Source: a virus (lineage: Duplodnaviria > Caudoviricetes). Taken from it: DNA of 30,828 nt. The notes under the pieces are model-generated. The model was not told the DNA's origin, did not search any database, and saw nothing but the letters and a program-made list of their open reading frames with translations. Below are positions 1 to 6,838 of this stretch, piece after piece; the first letter of the stretch is position 1; every line of letters begins with the position of its first letter. The stretch covers positions 1 to 30,828 of IMG/VR virus record IMGVR_UViG_3300020044_004535; one strand, given 5' to 3'. Both the position numbers and the translations under genes were made by a program.

Positions 1-69
1 GGCTTAACCATGAAATTGCAACAGTAGATGAATACATGAATTGTGTTCGTCAAGTAAAGGAGAGATTCA

Positions 70-249
70 ATGACTGATAAAGCTGGAGAAAAACGCATGA
101 TGGAATGGGTTGAGTATCTTAAATGCCAATCAGAAAATGGCGCATACATGAAAATTCCATCTAGCATGAGTGCTGGAATGTGCTATGAGTTAGCTTGTGA
201 GTTAGAGCAATTTATTAGCGCATTGAAAAGTGAGGCAAAAAATGACTGA
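70..249 (+). CDS. small hypothetical phage protein (59 aa)
   Basis: Hand-translated ORF MTDKAGEKRMMEW...EAKND; overlaps neighbouring ORF ends as in a coupled phage early operon. Confidence 0.6.
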   Translation: MTDKAGEKRMMEWVEYLKCQSENGAYMKIPSSMSAGMCYELACELEQFISALKSEAKND

Positions 250-382
250 TTTTGAAGGATTGACATTCCCAACCGAGCAAATGGCTTATGAAGCTGGATA
301 TGCTCATTACGGTTTGATTGACCTTGTATCTAGCCAAAACTCAGACGGTTCTTGGTACGTTTACCCAAAGGATAAAGAATGA
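242..382 (+). CDS. small hypothetical protein (46 aa)
   Basis: Hand-translated MTDFEGLTFPTEQ...PKDKE; GAGG SD upstream; ATGA overlap with next ORF. Confidence 0.55.
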   Translation: MTDFEGLTFPTEQMAYEAGYAHYGLIDLVSSQNSDGSWYVYPKDKE

Positions 383-462
383 AAACAGTAGCTAAATTTG
401 CTGTATCAGTGTTTCTGATTGTGTTTTATGCCTACTGCCTTGCAGAATGGGCTACTCGATGA
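379..462 (+). CDS. small hydrophobic peptide (27 aa)
   Basis: MKTVAKFAVSVFLIVFYAYCLAEWATR; ATGA overlaps at both ends; AAGGA SD. Confidence 0.5.
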   Translation: MKTVAKFAVSVFLIVFYAYCLAEWATR

Positions 463-779
463 TTACCAAAACAGAACAGCTTGCAATCGACCAAGGGCGC
501 AAGTTTGCTACTGCACAGCAATATGTGAAGGTATTGCGCCGTAGACTGCTAGAGACGTTTCAAATTCGAAATCACGGCATGGAGCTAAAGGCAATTAGCG
601 AGGCTGAGTTAATCTTGGCGATTATTTGCCAAGCATGGACAGATGGAGATTCTCAGTTTTTTCTAGGCGACAGCAGCTTAGAGATGTACTGCAAACTGCT
701 TGACTTGGATTTAGACATGATTCGCAAGGATTTTGAGCTACACAATAAACCTTTCTTTTTTGCAACACATAATGGGTAA
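459..779 (+). CDS. hypothetical protein
   Basis: ORF track 447..779; start moved to ATG 459, which forms an ATGA overlap with the upstream peptide. Confidence 0.65.
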   Translation: MITKTEQLAIDQGRKFATAQQYVKVLRRRLLETFQIRNHGMELKAISEAELILAIICQAWTDGDSQFFLGDSSLEMYCKLLDLDLDMIRKDFELHNKPFFFATHNG

Positions 780-781
780 AC

Positions 782-1051
782 ATGAATAAAAACAGTTTGG
801 CGGCTTATCGCCGTATCGGTGAATTCTTAGAAGGCCATAATCTTTCAATCTATGAGACTTTATTGGCTAATGGAGCGCAAACGCCTTGGGAGATTTCACA
901 CTCAACAAAAAAAGTCTATGGGAATTGGCTTGACGCTGACCAAGTGTTTAGGCGTATGCGTGACTTAGAACGCGCTGGATATGTGGAGCGTATGGATTGG
1001 GTTAAAGATAGTCCAGGCGGTAGGGCTTGCAGTGTTTGGTGGGTTAAATGA
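782..1051 (+). CDS. putative winged helix-turn-helix DNA-binding protein
   Basis: Pattern QTPWEIS...DQVFRRMRDLERAGYVER...SPGGRACSVWWV resembles a wHTH recognition helix plus wing. Confidence 0.6.
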   Translation: MNKNSLAAYRRIGEFLEGHNLSIYETLLANGAQTPWEISHSTKKVYGNWLDADQVFRRMRDLERAGYVERMDWVKDSPGGRACSVWWVK

Positions 1052-1062
1052 AAGGAAACAAA

Positions 1063-1227
1063 ATGAAAGAAGAAAAAGGATTGGTTTACACAGAGACAAA
1101 AATCGAGGTAAAAGTACCTTTGCGCTTCTGCTCTGAGTGTTTGCACCAACAAAGCAGCGCAGCTAAAGACCCTTGCTTGTCTTGTATGACCAACACCAAA
1201 GGGGAACGATGGGAGCCAGTTAAGTGA
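1063..1227 (+). CDS. small Cys-rich (CxxC...CxxC) protein, 54 aa
   Basis: Hand-translated MKEEKG...FCSECLH...DPCLSCM...WEPVK; AAGGA SD; GTGA overlap with next gene. Confidence 0.6.
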   Translation: MKEEKGLVYTETKIEVKVPLRFCSECLHQQSSAAKDPCLSCMTNTKGERWEPVK

Positions 1228-1445
1228 CTAAATACAAAACAACGCCGCTGAAAATTGCAATTTCAATCAATGACGAATCGCCTATTTACGGCGAGGAGAC
1301 GATTTTTATCGAAGTTCAAGACTTAGCCGCTGGATGGTTTCTAAAACTGAGTGACACCAAAGGACAAGAGGTGAGCTTAGATTTTGAACAGCTTGATGCG
1401 GTTTACAAGGCGGCGCAAGATTTGCGAAAGCTGGAAAATGCGTAG
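1224..1445 (+). CDS. hypothetical protein
   Basis: ORF track; GGAG SD, GTG start, coupled to neighbours. Confidence 0.65.
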   Translation: MTKYKTTPLKIAISINDESPIYGEETIFIEVQDLAAGWFLKLSDTKGQEVSLDFEQLDAVYKAAQDLRKLENA

Positions 1446-1710
1446 GGCGGCTCGCGTAGACGCCAACCAAACCCAGATTGTGAGCGCATTACGGGCGGCA
1501 GGCGCTTACGTTTTGGTTATCGGTCTGCCAGTAGATTTGTTGTGCGGTTACAACGGGCATACTTTTCTTGTCGAAATCAAGACAAACGAGAAAAAGAAGC
1601 TGACCAAGCTACAAACAGACTTTTTTGCTAACTGGACAGGTGGCACGCTTTGCAGGATTGATTCTCCAGAAGCCGCGCTAAGAATGATTGGCGTTGTAAG
1701 CCAGCCGTAA
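1438..1710 (+). CDS. VRR-NUC / PD-(D/E)xK-like nuclease
   Basis: MRRAARVDANQ..IV.ALR..GA...PVDLL.GY...LVEIK...LT..Q..F...W motif; true start likely ATG 1438. Confidence 0.75.
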   Translation: MRRAARVDANQTQIVSALRAAGAYVLVIGLPVDLLCGYNGHTFLVEIKTNEKKKLTKLQTDFFANWTGGTLCRIDSPEAALRMIGVVSQP

Positions 1711-1748
1711 GAATCGTATAGACAATACACATATCAACAACCAAGGAA
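1695..1748 (+). promoter_or_regulatory. putative promoter: GTAAG-N6-GTAAG tandem box, -10-like GACAAT, TCAACAAC, AGGA SD
   Basis: Same layout recurs at 14776-14829 (-) and partly at 21746-21777 (+). Confidence 0.6.
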
Positions 1749-1753
1749 CTGAA

Positions 1754-2395
1754 ATGAAAGTTTACAAAGCAATCAACGCCATTCAAGGCGCACTGTCAAA
1801 AATCGGCATTACAAAAGATGGTCGAAACAATCAAGGCGCGGGTTACAACTTTCGCGGCATTGACCAGGTTTACAACACATTGTCTCCACTGTTGGCAGAG
1901 CATGGTTTGTGTATCTTGCCGCGCGTAGTTAAGTCTGAGCAAACAGAACGTCAATCTGCTAAAGGCTCTGTCTTGATTTACAGTTATGTAACGATGGAAT
2001 TTGACCTTGTTAGCTCAGAAGATGGCAGCAAGCACACAATTTGCACAGTTGGCGAGGCTTTTGATTCAGGCGATAAATCCATGAACAAAGCAATGTCAGC
2101 GGCTTACAAGTATGCAGCTTTCCAAGCGTTTGCTATTCCAACTGAAGGCGATAACGATGCGGATGCACATACACATCAAGTAGCGCCACGAATTCCTGCA
2201 TTGCCAGCCGTAGAGTTGCCAGCGCAAGAGATGGAATTTATCAAGGAACTAGCCGCCGCACTGATTGATTTGGTGAACGACAAACGACCAGAAGATGCAA
2301 AAACACATTTACACCATCAGAATCTTGAGAACGACCAGAAAATTGCATTGTGGGCTTTGTTGCCTTCTAACGTGCGCTCTGCAATCAAGAAATGA
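1754..2395 (+). CDS. erf: ERF-family single-strand annealing recombinase
   Basis: GYNFRGID.VYN.L.PLL..HGL and GEAFDSGDKS.NKAMSAAYKYA..Q.F.IPT motifs of ERF proteins. Confidence 0.85.
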   Translation: MKVYKAINAIQGALSKIGITKDGRNNQGAGYNFRGIDQVYNTLSPLLAEHGLCILPRVVKSEQTERQSAKGSVLIYSYVTMEFDLVSSEDGSKHTICTVGEAFDSGDKSMNKAMSAAYKYAAFQAFAIPTEGDNDADAHTHQVAPRIPALPAVELPAQEMEFIKELAAALIDLVNDKRPEDAKTHLHHQNLENDQKIALWALLPSNVRSAIKK

Positions 2396-2404
2396 GAAAA
2401 CAAA

Positions 2405-2725
2405 ATGGAAGAACTTAAACTTTTAATTGAAGCTGTCGCAGGATTGCCAACAATTACATTGTGGGTATTAGTTGGTTATCTTGTTTATAAACTTGCAGTA
2501 ATTGGTTCAATTTATGGATTGATTCGCTTTGCTATTGCTAAATTTGTGGAGTGGAGAACTTTACCAAAAGCATACACGATTGCAGGAAAGCCAATTAGTG
2601 AAGACGTTGCAAAAGAACTAGATTTGCAAATTAATCGTTTTGCAGGGTCATATTCATATATTCATTCATCTGATATTGACAAGCTAAAAAAAGCAATTGA
2701 TATTGTCATCAAAGGCAATCAATGA
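2405..2725 (+). CDS. hypothetical membrane protein
   Basis: Hydrophobic N-terminal stretch (LPTITLWVLVGYLVYKLAVIGSIYGLIRFAI). Confidence 0.7.
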   Translation: MEELKLLIEAVAGLPTITLWVLVGYLVYKLAVIGSIYGLIRFAIAKFVEWRTLPKAYTIAGKPISEDVAKELDLQINRFAGSYSYIHSSDIDKLKKAIDIVIKGNQ

Positions 2726-3180
2726 GAAAACGCACACGCCGTAAGGTATACCCGCTGATTAATCCCATAGAAATGGCGGTTACAGGTGCGTGTGTATCAG
2801 CCGAGAAGCCTTTAGACAAATTGCGACTAGCTGAACTATCCGCTATTGATAACCTTGCTTTCGGGCGAGGAACAACAGAAGATTGGCGGTGGGTCTGTGA
2901 CTTTCTTAATATTTCTGAGACGATGGGTAATATGGGGATTGGCCCAGAGGTATTGCCTATTTGCGAAGTCGCTCAGAATGGCCTATTGCAAGCTGCTAAA
3001 CGCTATCAAGAAACCAAGAAAATGGGTGTTGATGGTGTCACGCTTAATGCAATACGTGAACTGCATGAATACCACGATTTACAGCGTACATCCGTAGCGC
3101 GTAGCGTGTATGAGACAGCGATAAAGAAGACTGCGGACAGAATCCGTAGCAGAGCAAAGGACGTTGTGGAGATAACATGA
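2722..3180 (+). CDS. hypothetical phage protein, basic N-terminus
   Basis: ORF track; ATGA coupling on both sides. Confidence 0.75.
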   Translation: MRKRTRRKVYPLINPIEMAVTGACVSAEKPLDKLRLAELSAIDNLAFGRGTTEDWRWVCDFLNISETMGNMGIGPEVLPICEVAQNGLLQAAKRYQETKKMGVDGVTLNAIRELHEYHDLQRTSVARSVYETAIKKTADRIRSRAKDVVEIT

Positions 3181-3389
3181 AAAAGACTAAATGGTTTCCA
3201 GCAGACATAAAACCAGTTCGTGCTGGATGGTATGAAACAAAATCACAATTAGAAAATCAGATTTCTAAATTTCGATGGTTTTTTGATGGTAACGAATGGG
3301 TTTGGTTTTATTATGAAAGTACGTTACAAGGAAAAAACCGTTGTAATTGCCAAAACAGAGTTTGGCGCGGTCTAGCTAAAAAGCCATGA
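3177..3389 (+). CDS. hypothetical protein (W-rich, KWFP..IKPVR.GWYE motif)
   Basis: ORF track; GGAG SD; ATGA coupling. Confidence 0.7.
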   Translation: MKKTKWFPADIKPVRAGWYETKSQLENQISKFRWFFDGNEWVWFYYESTLQGKNRCNCQNRVWRGLAKKP

Positions 3390-3760
3390 GCTACTTTGTT
3401 TTGTCACATGATGCGGCTAGAGCAAATGCCATAGAAGCCATTAAAACAGCGCCACAAGGTTATTGTGTAAGCATCAAAGCACCAACACGAAGCCTAGAGC
3501 AAAACGCACTTATGTGGAGTGTTTTGAACCACATAGCGCGACAGGTTGAATGGTATGGCGAGAAGTTGACCAGTGAAGATTGGAAAACTATGCTGACTGC
3601 ATCGGTGAAGAAACAAAAGACACGACCAGGTATCGATGGTGGATTTGTCGTAATGGGTACATCAACCAGCAAGATGACTGTAACTGAAATGACAGAGCTA
3701 ATCGAGTTGGCCTATGCTTTTGGTGCTGATAAAGGCGTTAAATGGACTATCAGCAGCTAG
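3386..3760 (+). CDS. ninB: NinB/Orf recombination mediator
   Basis: PTRSLEQNALMW..L..IA.QVEWYG.KL..EDWK...TA...PGIDGGFV..G.STSKM...EM.ELIE...AFG...GV.W NinB signature. Confidence 0.88.
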   Translation: MSYFVLSHDAARANAIEAIKTAPQGYCVSIKAPTRSLEQNALMWSVLNHIARQVEWYGEKLTSEDWKTMLTASVKKQKTRPGIDGGFVVMGTSTSKMTVTEMTELIELAYAFGADKGVKWTISS

Positions 3761-3912
3761 TCACAGACATGGCTAAACACTTCATAGAGATGGGAAAAGT
3801 TGACGGATTCAGAGAGTACGCAACTAAAAGATACCTAGAGCTACTTAAAGATCAAAGTGGTTTATGGGATAACCTACCAGCAGAAATTAAACGACTGAAG
3901 GAGATGGAATGA
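3742..3912 (+). CDS. small hypothetical protein (56 aa)
   Basis: Hand-translated MDYQQLVTDMAKHF...RLKEME; ATGA overlap with 3909 ORF. Confidence 0.6.
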   Translation: MDYQQLVTDMAKHFIEMGKVDGFREYATKRYLELLKDQSGLWDNLPAEIKRLKEME

Positions 3913-4097
3913 AAGAAGTTTTTTACAGCATGATTTTTATGCTTGGCGTTGCCGTTGTTGCGATATGCTTGCTTTTCTTGGGCGCTTGGCTTGACGCAGG
4001 TCTAGAGCCAGATCAAGTGATTATCAAAAAAGAAAAAGTGGTTGAGTGCCAGCCAACTAGCAAAGGATGGTATGTTTGTAAAACGGAGTGGATATGA
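3909..4097 (+). CDS. small membrane-anchored protein
   Basis: N-terminal TM helix, two C-terminal Cys; AGGAG SD. Confidence 0.65.
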   Translation: MKEVFYSMIFMLGVAVVAICLLFLGAWLDAGLEPDQVIIKKEKVVECQPTSKGWYVCKTEWI

Positions 4098-4174
4098 ACG
4101 GCCTAGGCGTACTTCTAGGGCTTACCCTAGCTGCTTTAGCGTTATCCGTTATTGTGATGCTGTGGCTTGATTAG
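4094..4174 (+). CDS. 26-aa hydrophobic peptide
   Basis: MNGLGVLLGLTLAALALSVIVMLWLD; GGAG SD; ATGA overlap; its stop overlaps the stop of the convergent gene. Confidence 0.5.
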   Translation: MNGLGVLLGLTLAALALSVIVMLWLD

Positions 4175-4587
4175 TGAAAATCAATGAACACTGGGTCTGG
4201 TGAATTTTTGATTATCGGAAATAGCTTATCAAACGCTATTTTTGAGCCACCAACCCAGTCAGATTTACCATCCCATGTGCTACCAACGATTAAACAGCCT
4301 TCGGTGTGTTCGCTAGTGTTTCCAGTGTGAATTCGCACACCTGAGAAGCCTTCAACACCTTCAAGCAATGGCAATTCACGCTTAAAACGGTTTGACATAG
4401 TGACATTAACGGAATAGTAGCCTTTAGGAATGGCGGTTTTTGCGTAAACCTTCCATTCGGCTACTGGTTTTCCTTCAATCTCTCTAACCTTATCCTCAAG
4501 AGTAAAGCATATAAAATCTCTGCCATTGAATATTTTGCCAATGGTGAAAGTTTCGCCAAAGTGGATGCGGTCAAGTTTGAGAATCAT
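4171..4587 (-). CDS. DUF5675-family (L,D-transpeptidase-like) putative endolysin
   Basis: TIG.....CFTLED....KVY.KTAIP.G.Y....S.RFKR.LP.L..V.GF.GVRIH.GN...TEGCL.VG motif with His/Cys; directly downstream of the holin. Confidence 0.8.
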   Translation of the reverse strand: MILKLDRIHFGETFTIGKIFNGRDFICFTLEDKVREIEGKPVAEWKVYAKTAIPKGYYSVNVTMSNRFKRELPLLEGVEGFSGVRIHTGNTSEHTEGCLIVGSTWDGKSDWVGGSKIAFDKLFPIIKNSPDPVFIDFH

Positions 4588-4973
4588 TAGTGTTTATGGC
4601 TTGCGCCGAAATAGTAACTAAGAACAAGCATAAAAGCAGCGTCAAGGTTGCCCAATACTCGAATGACAATTTCACGCATCTCTGTGGGTACTACATGGTT
4701 CAACAAAAACCATTGAATTGCAAACCATGCAATAGTCACCAACACAGCCAGCAAAGGCGTAACCATCTTTGAGTACCAAGGGCCATTAGCTGCAATTTCA
4801 GCCTCACGCTTACGCGCTGAATCACGGTCTTGCACTTCTAGCTCAAACTCTTTTAGTTCGCCATTCTGAGCCAATTCAGCCAGCTTTAACTGTGCCTCTG
4901 CCTTTTGTGCAGGGTCAGGAATAAGGCGATCAATTAACTTACCGCCAATGCCTAAGATTTGATCTAGTACCAT
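4587..4973 (-). CDS. holin (3TM / GTA-holin-like)
   Basis: GKLIDRLIPDP..KAEAQLKL N-terminus, DRDSARKRE, two TM segments, ending YYFGAS. Confidence 0.78.
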   Translation of the reverse strand: MVLDQILGIGGKLIDRLIPDPAQKAEAQLKLAELAQNGELKEFELEVQDRDSARKREAEIAANGPWYSKMVTPLLAVLVTIAWFAIQWFLLNHVVPTEMREIVIRVLGNLDAAFMLVLSYYFGASHKH

Positions 4974-4975
4974 AA

Positions 4976-5308
4976 TTAGCAGTGGTTTCCAGTTGGGTCA
5001 AACGGGTCAAGCAAGTTATTGCAAATGTACTCTGCAATAGTCTTGCGCCAAGAATCTTCACCAGCGTTATAGCGTTGCAACCTTGCAGTGACTAGCAGCT
5101 CTTTTGGAAACTCCAAGAACAGAACCGTTGCAACCGTAAACTGACAAGCAATATCCATCAACACTGCAACTAACACAAAAGGCATGAGTAAAAGTTTATT
5201 TAACCCAAACAAGCGGCCTGCTAGTTTTGCGCGATATACGTTCATTGTAAAAACGTAAAGCACATAAAACAGCCATGTGTAGCCAATGATGTAGATAAGC
5301 TCAATCAT
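4976..5308 (-). CDS. hypothetical membrane protein
   Basis: Two hydrophobic segments, C-terminal LLDPFDPTGNHC; between tail fibre module and holin. Confidence 0.7.
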   Translation of the reverse strand: MIELIYIIGYTWLFYVLYVFTMNVYRAKLAGRLFGLNKLLLMPFVLVAVLMDIACQFTVATVLFLEFPKELLVTARLQRYNAGEDSWRKTIAEYICNNLLDPFDPTGNHC

Positions 5309-5706
5309 TACTCAGCCTTAAAGAACGATTGACGGAACGGCATCCAAACACCCAAGAATTGCTGGATGTTTTGTGCTGTCAATTTCAATTTTGAACCGTT
5401 TACAAACGTAAAGATAGTCGGCTGGAATTTATCTTTTTGTAGCGTAAAAGCAACAATGACAGCAACCATGCCGTTTTGGTCATCACGGGTTGCGCTACAC
5501 ATCACGCCCTCAAACTCAATGCCGACCATCTTAGGGTCTGGTGGAGGTGGAGCATCAGCAGGTTCTGGCGTGTTTCCTTCATCTAGCCATTTCAAATATG
5601 TTTGGTAGTCAGAGCTTGATACATCAAACGGAACAAAAGCGCCATCCGCAAGTCGAATAACACCATCAACAACAGGCTTTTCTTTAAATAAAATCTCTTT
5701 ATACAT
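5308..5706 (-). CDS. putative tail fibre assembly/chaperone protein
   Basis: IRL.DGAF.P.D....DYQ.YL.WL.EGNTPEPA motif typical of genes that follow tail fibres; Pro-rich linker. Confidence 0.65.
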   Translation of the reverse strand: MYKEILFKEKPVVDGVIRLADGAFVPFDVSSSDYQTYLKWLDEGNTPEPADAPPPPDPKMVGIEFEGVMCSATRDDQNGMVAVIVAFTLQKDKFQPTIFTFVNGSKLKLTAQNIQQFLGVWMPFRQSFFKAE

Positions 5707-5707
5707 T

Positions 5708-6829
5708 TTAAAGCTCCGAACTTAAAGAATAAACACCACCAGCAATATACGTTCTACCTGTACCAACAGAAACACCGCCATAAGCAACAGCAGTTGATGA
5801 AACGTTGCCAGTTAAGTCTGTATCGCTTAAATTAACCACAGTTCCAGGTGCAGTAATGGTTACTGGTGTTGGAGTTGATCGCATAACAACAGGCAAAGAA
5901 ACTGTCTGCCTAGAACTGCCACCACCTGCCGTAGCATAACTATTAAAACTCAGCCCACTAAATATTTGGAAATATCGTTGGCACAACGCAAACTCAGTCC
6001 CGTATGGGCGATAGTCAAACGATGTAGCTACGCTGCCTTTTTCAAACTGGATGCCCGTAATGTAAAAAGTTGCACCAGACGTTCCAACAACACTAGATTG
6101 ACCAGTCGAGCCTAAATAGTTAGCGCCAGCCCATGCCCCAGATGTTCCTAAAAATGTTGAACCAGCCCCCATGCTAAAAATTAGACGAATACCAATGCCG
6201 CTTGTTGTCAGCCATGTGCCAGATGTGTCACCACTAATAGTTACAGATTTTTGCTCCCAAGTGTTTGCAGAATTAATTGTGTAACTAAATGGATACGAAC
6301 GATCTCCAGCGTTATTACGCAAAGAACCGCCAAATGTACCAGTCAAGCTAGAACGCACCCAAAAAGACAAAGTAACGGGCGAAGCAGATGATGTACCCCA
6401 TGATAAATCTGCAATATTATTACCTTCGATTTGCTGTCCAAACCCAAAATAATCAGAGCTTGTTACAGAATATGCAGACGAAGACGTATACACAAACGAA
6501 TTGCTAAAGCCAGAAGGAGCTGTTGAAGATTGCTGAACCGTAGCTTTTGACGTTTGTGTTGCAAAAGTTGTCCAGCGATCCACAAAATAAACAGCTTGAT
6601 TTGCAGTAACACTAGAACCAGAATTGCGCTGGTCAATCATCATCGCACCATTGATGATGCGGTTCTTGAAGCCAACTTCACCAATTTTTAAGGCTGAACG
6701 CGCTTGCTCTGGATCTCCTGTTGCGCCAAGAAGACCAGTTACATAATCCCACAGCTTACCAAAACCAGCTTTGGCCTCTGCGTTTGTTGGTGTACCTGCT
6801 ATTTCCGTTCGTAGTGGTGGCGTTGCCAT
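5708..6829 (-). CDS. tail fibre / receptor-binding protein
   Basis: GFKNRIING.M.IDQR...DRW...carbohydrate-binding-like core...GIQFEKGSVATSFDYRPYGTEFALCQRYF; follows the tail tip gene. Confidence 0.8.
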   Translation of the reverse strand: MATPPLRTEIAGTPTNAEAKAGFGKLWDYVTGLLGATGDPEQARSALKIGEVGFKNRIINGAMMIDQRNSGSSVTANQAVYFVDRWTTFATQTSKATVQQSSTAPSGFSNSFVYTSSSAYSVTSSDYFGFGQQIEGNNIADLSWGTSSASPVTLSFWVRSSLTGTFGGSLRNNAGDRSYPFSYTINSANTWEQKSVTISGDTSGTWLTTSGIGIRLIFSMGAGSTFLGTSGAWAGANYLGSTGQSSVVGTSGATFYITGIQFEKGSVATSFDYRPYGTEFALCQRYFQIFSGLSFNSYATAGGGSSRQTVSLPVVMRSTPTPVTITAPGTVVNLSDTDLTGNVSSTAVAYGGVSVGTGRTYIAGGVYSLSSEL

Positions 6830-6838
6830 TTAATCTCC

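Noticed and set aside
3467-3479. GTAAGCATCAAAG resembling the promoter box
   Set aside because: Inside ninB, lacking the second GTAAG at 11-bp spacing and the downstream elements
5708-6829. Diversity-generating retroelement or invertible tail fibre system
   Set aside because: No reverse transcriptase, invertase, template repeat or duplicated fibre C-terminus seen in the window
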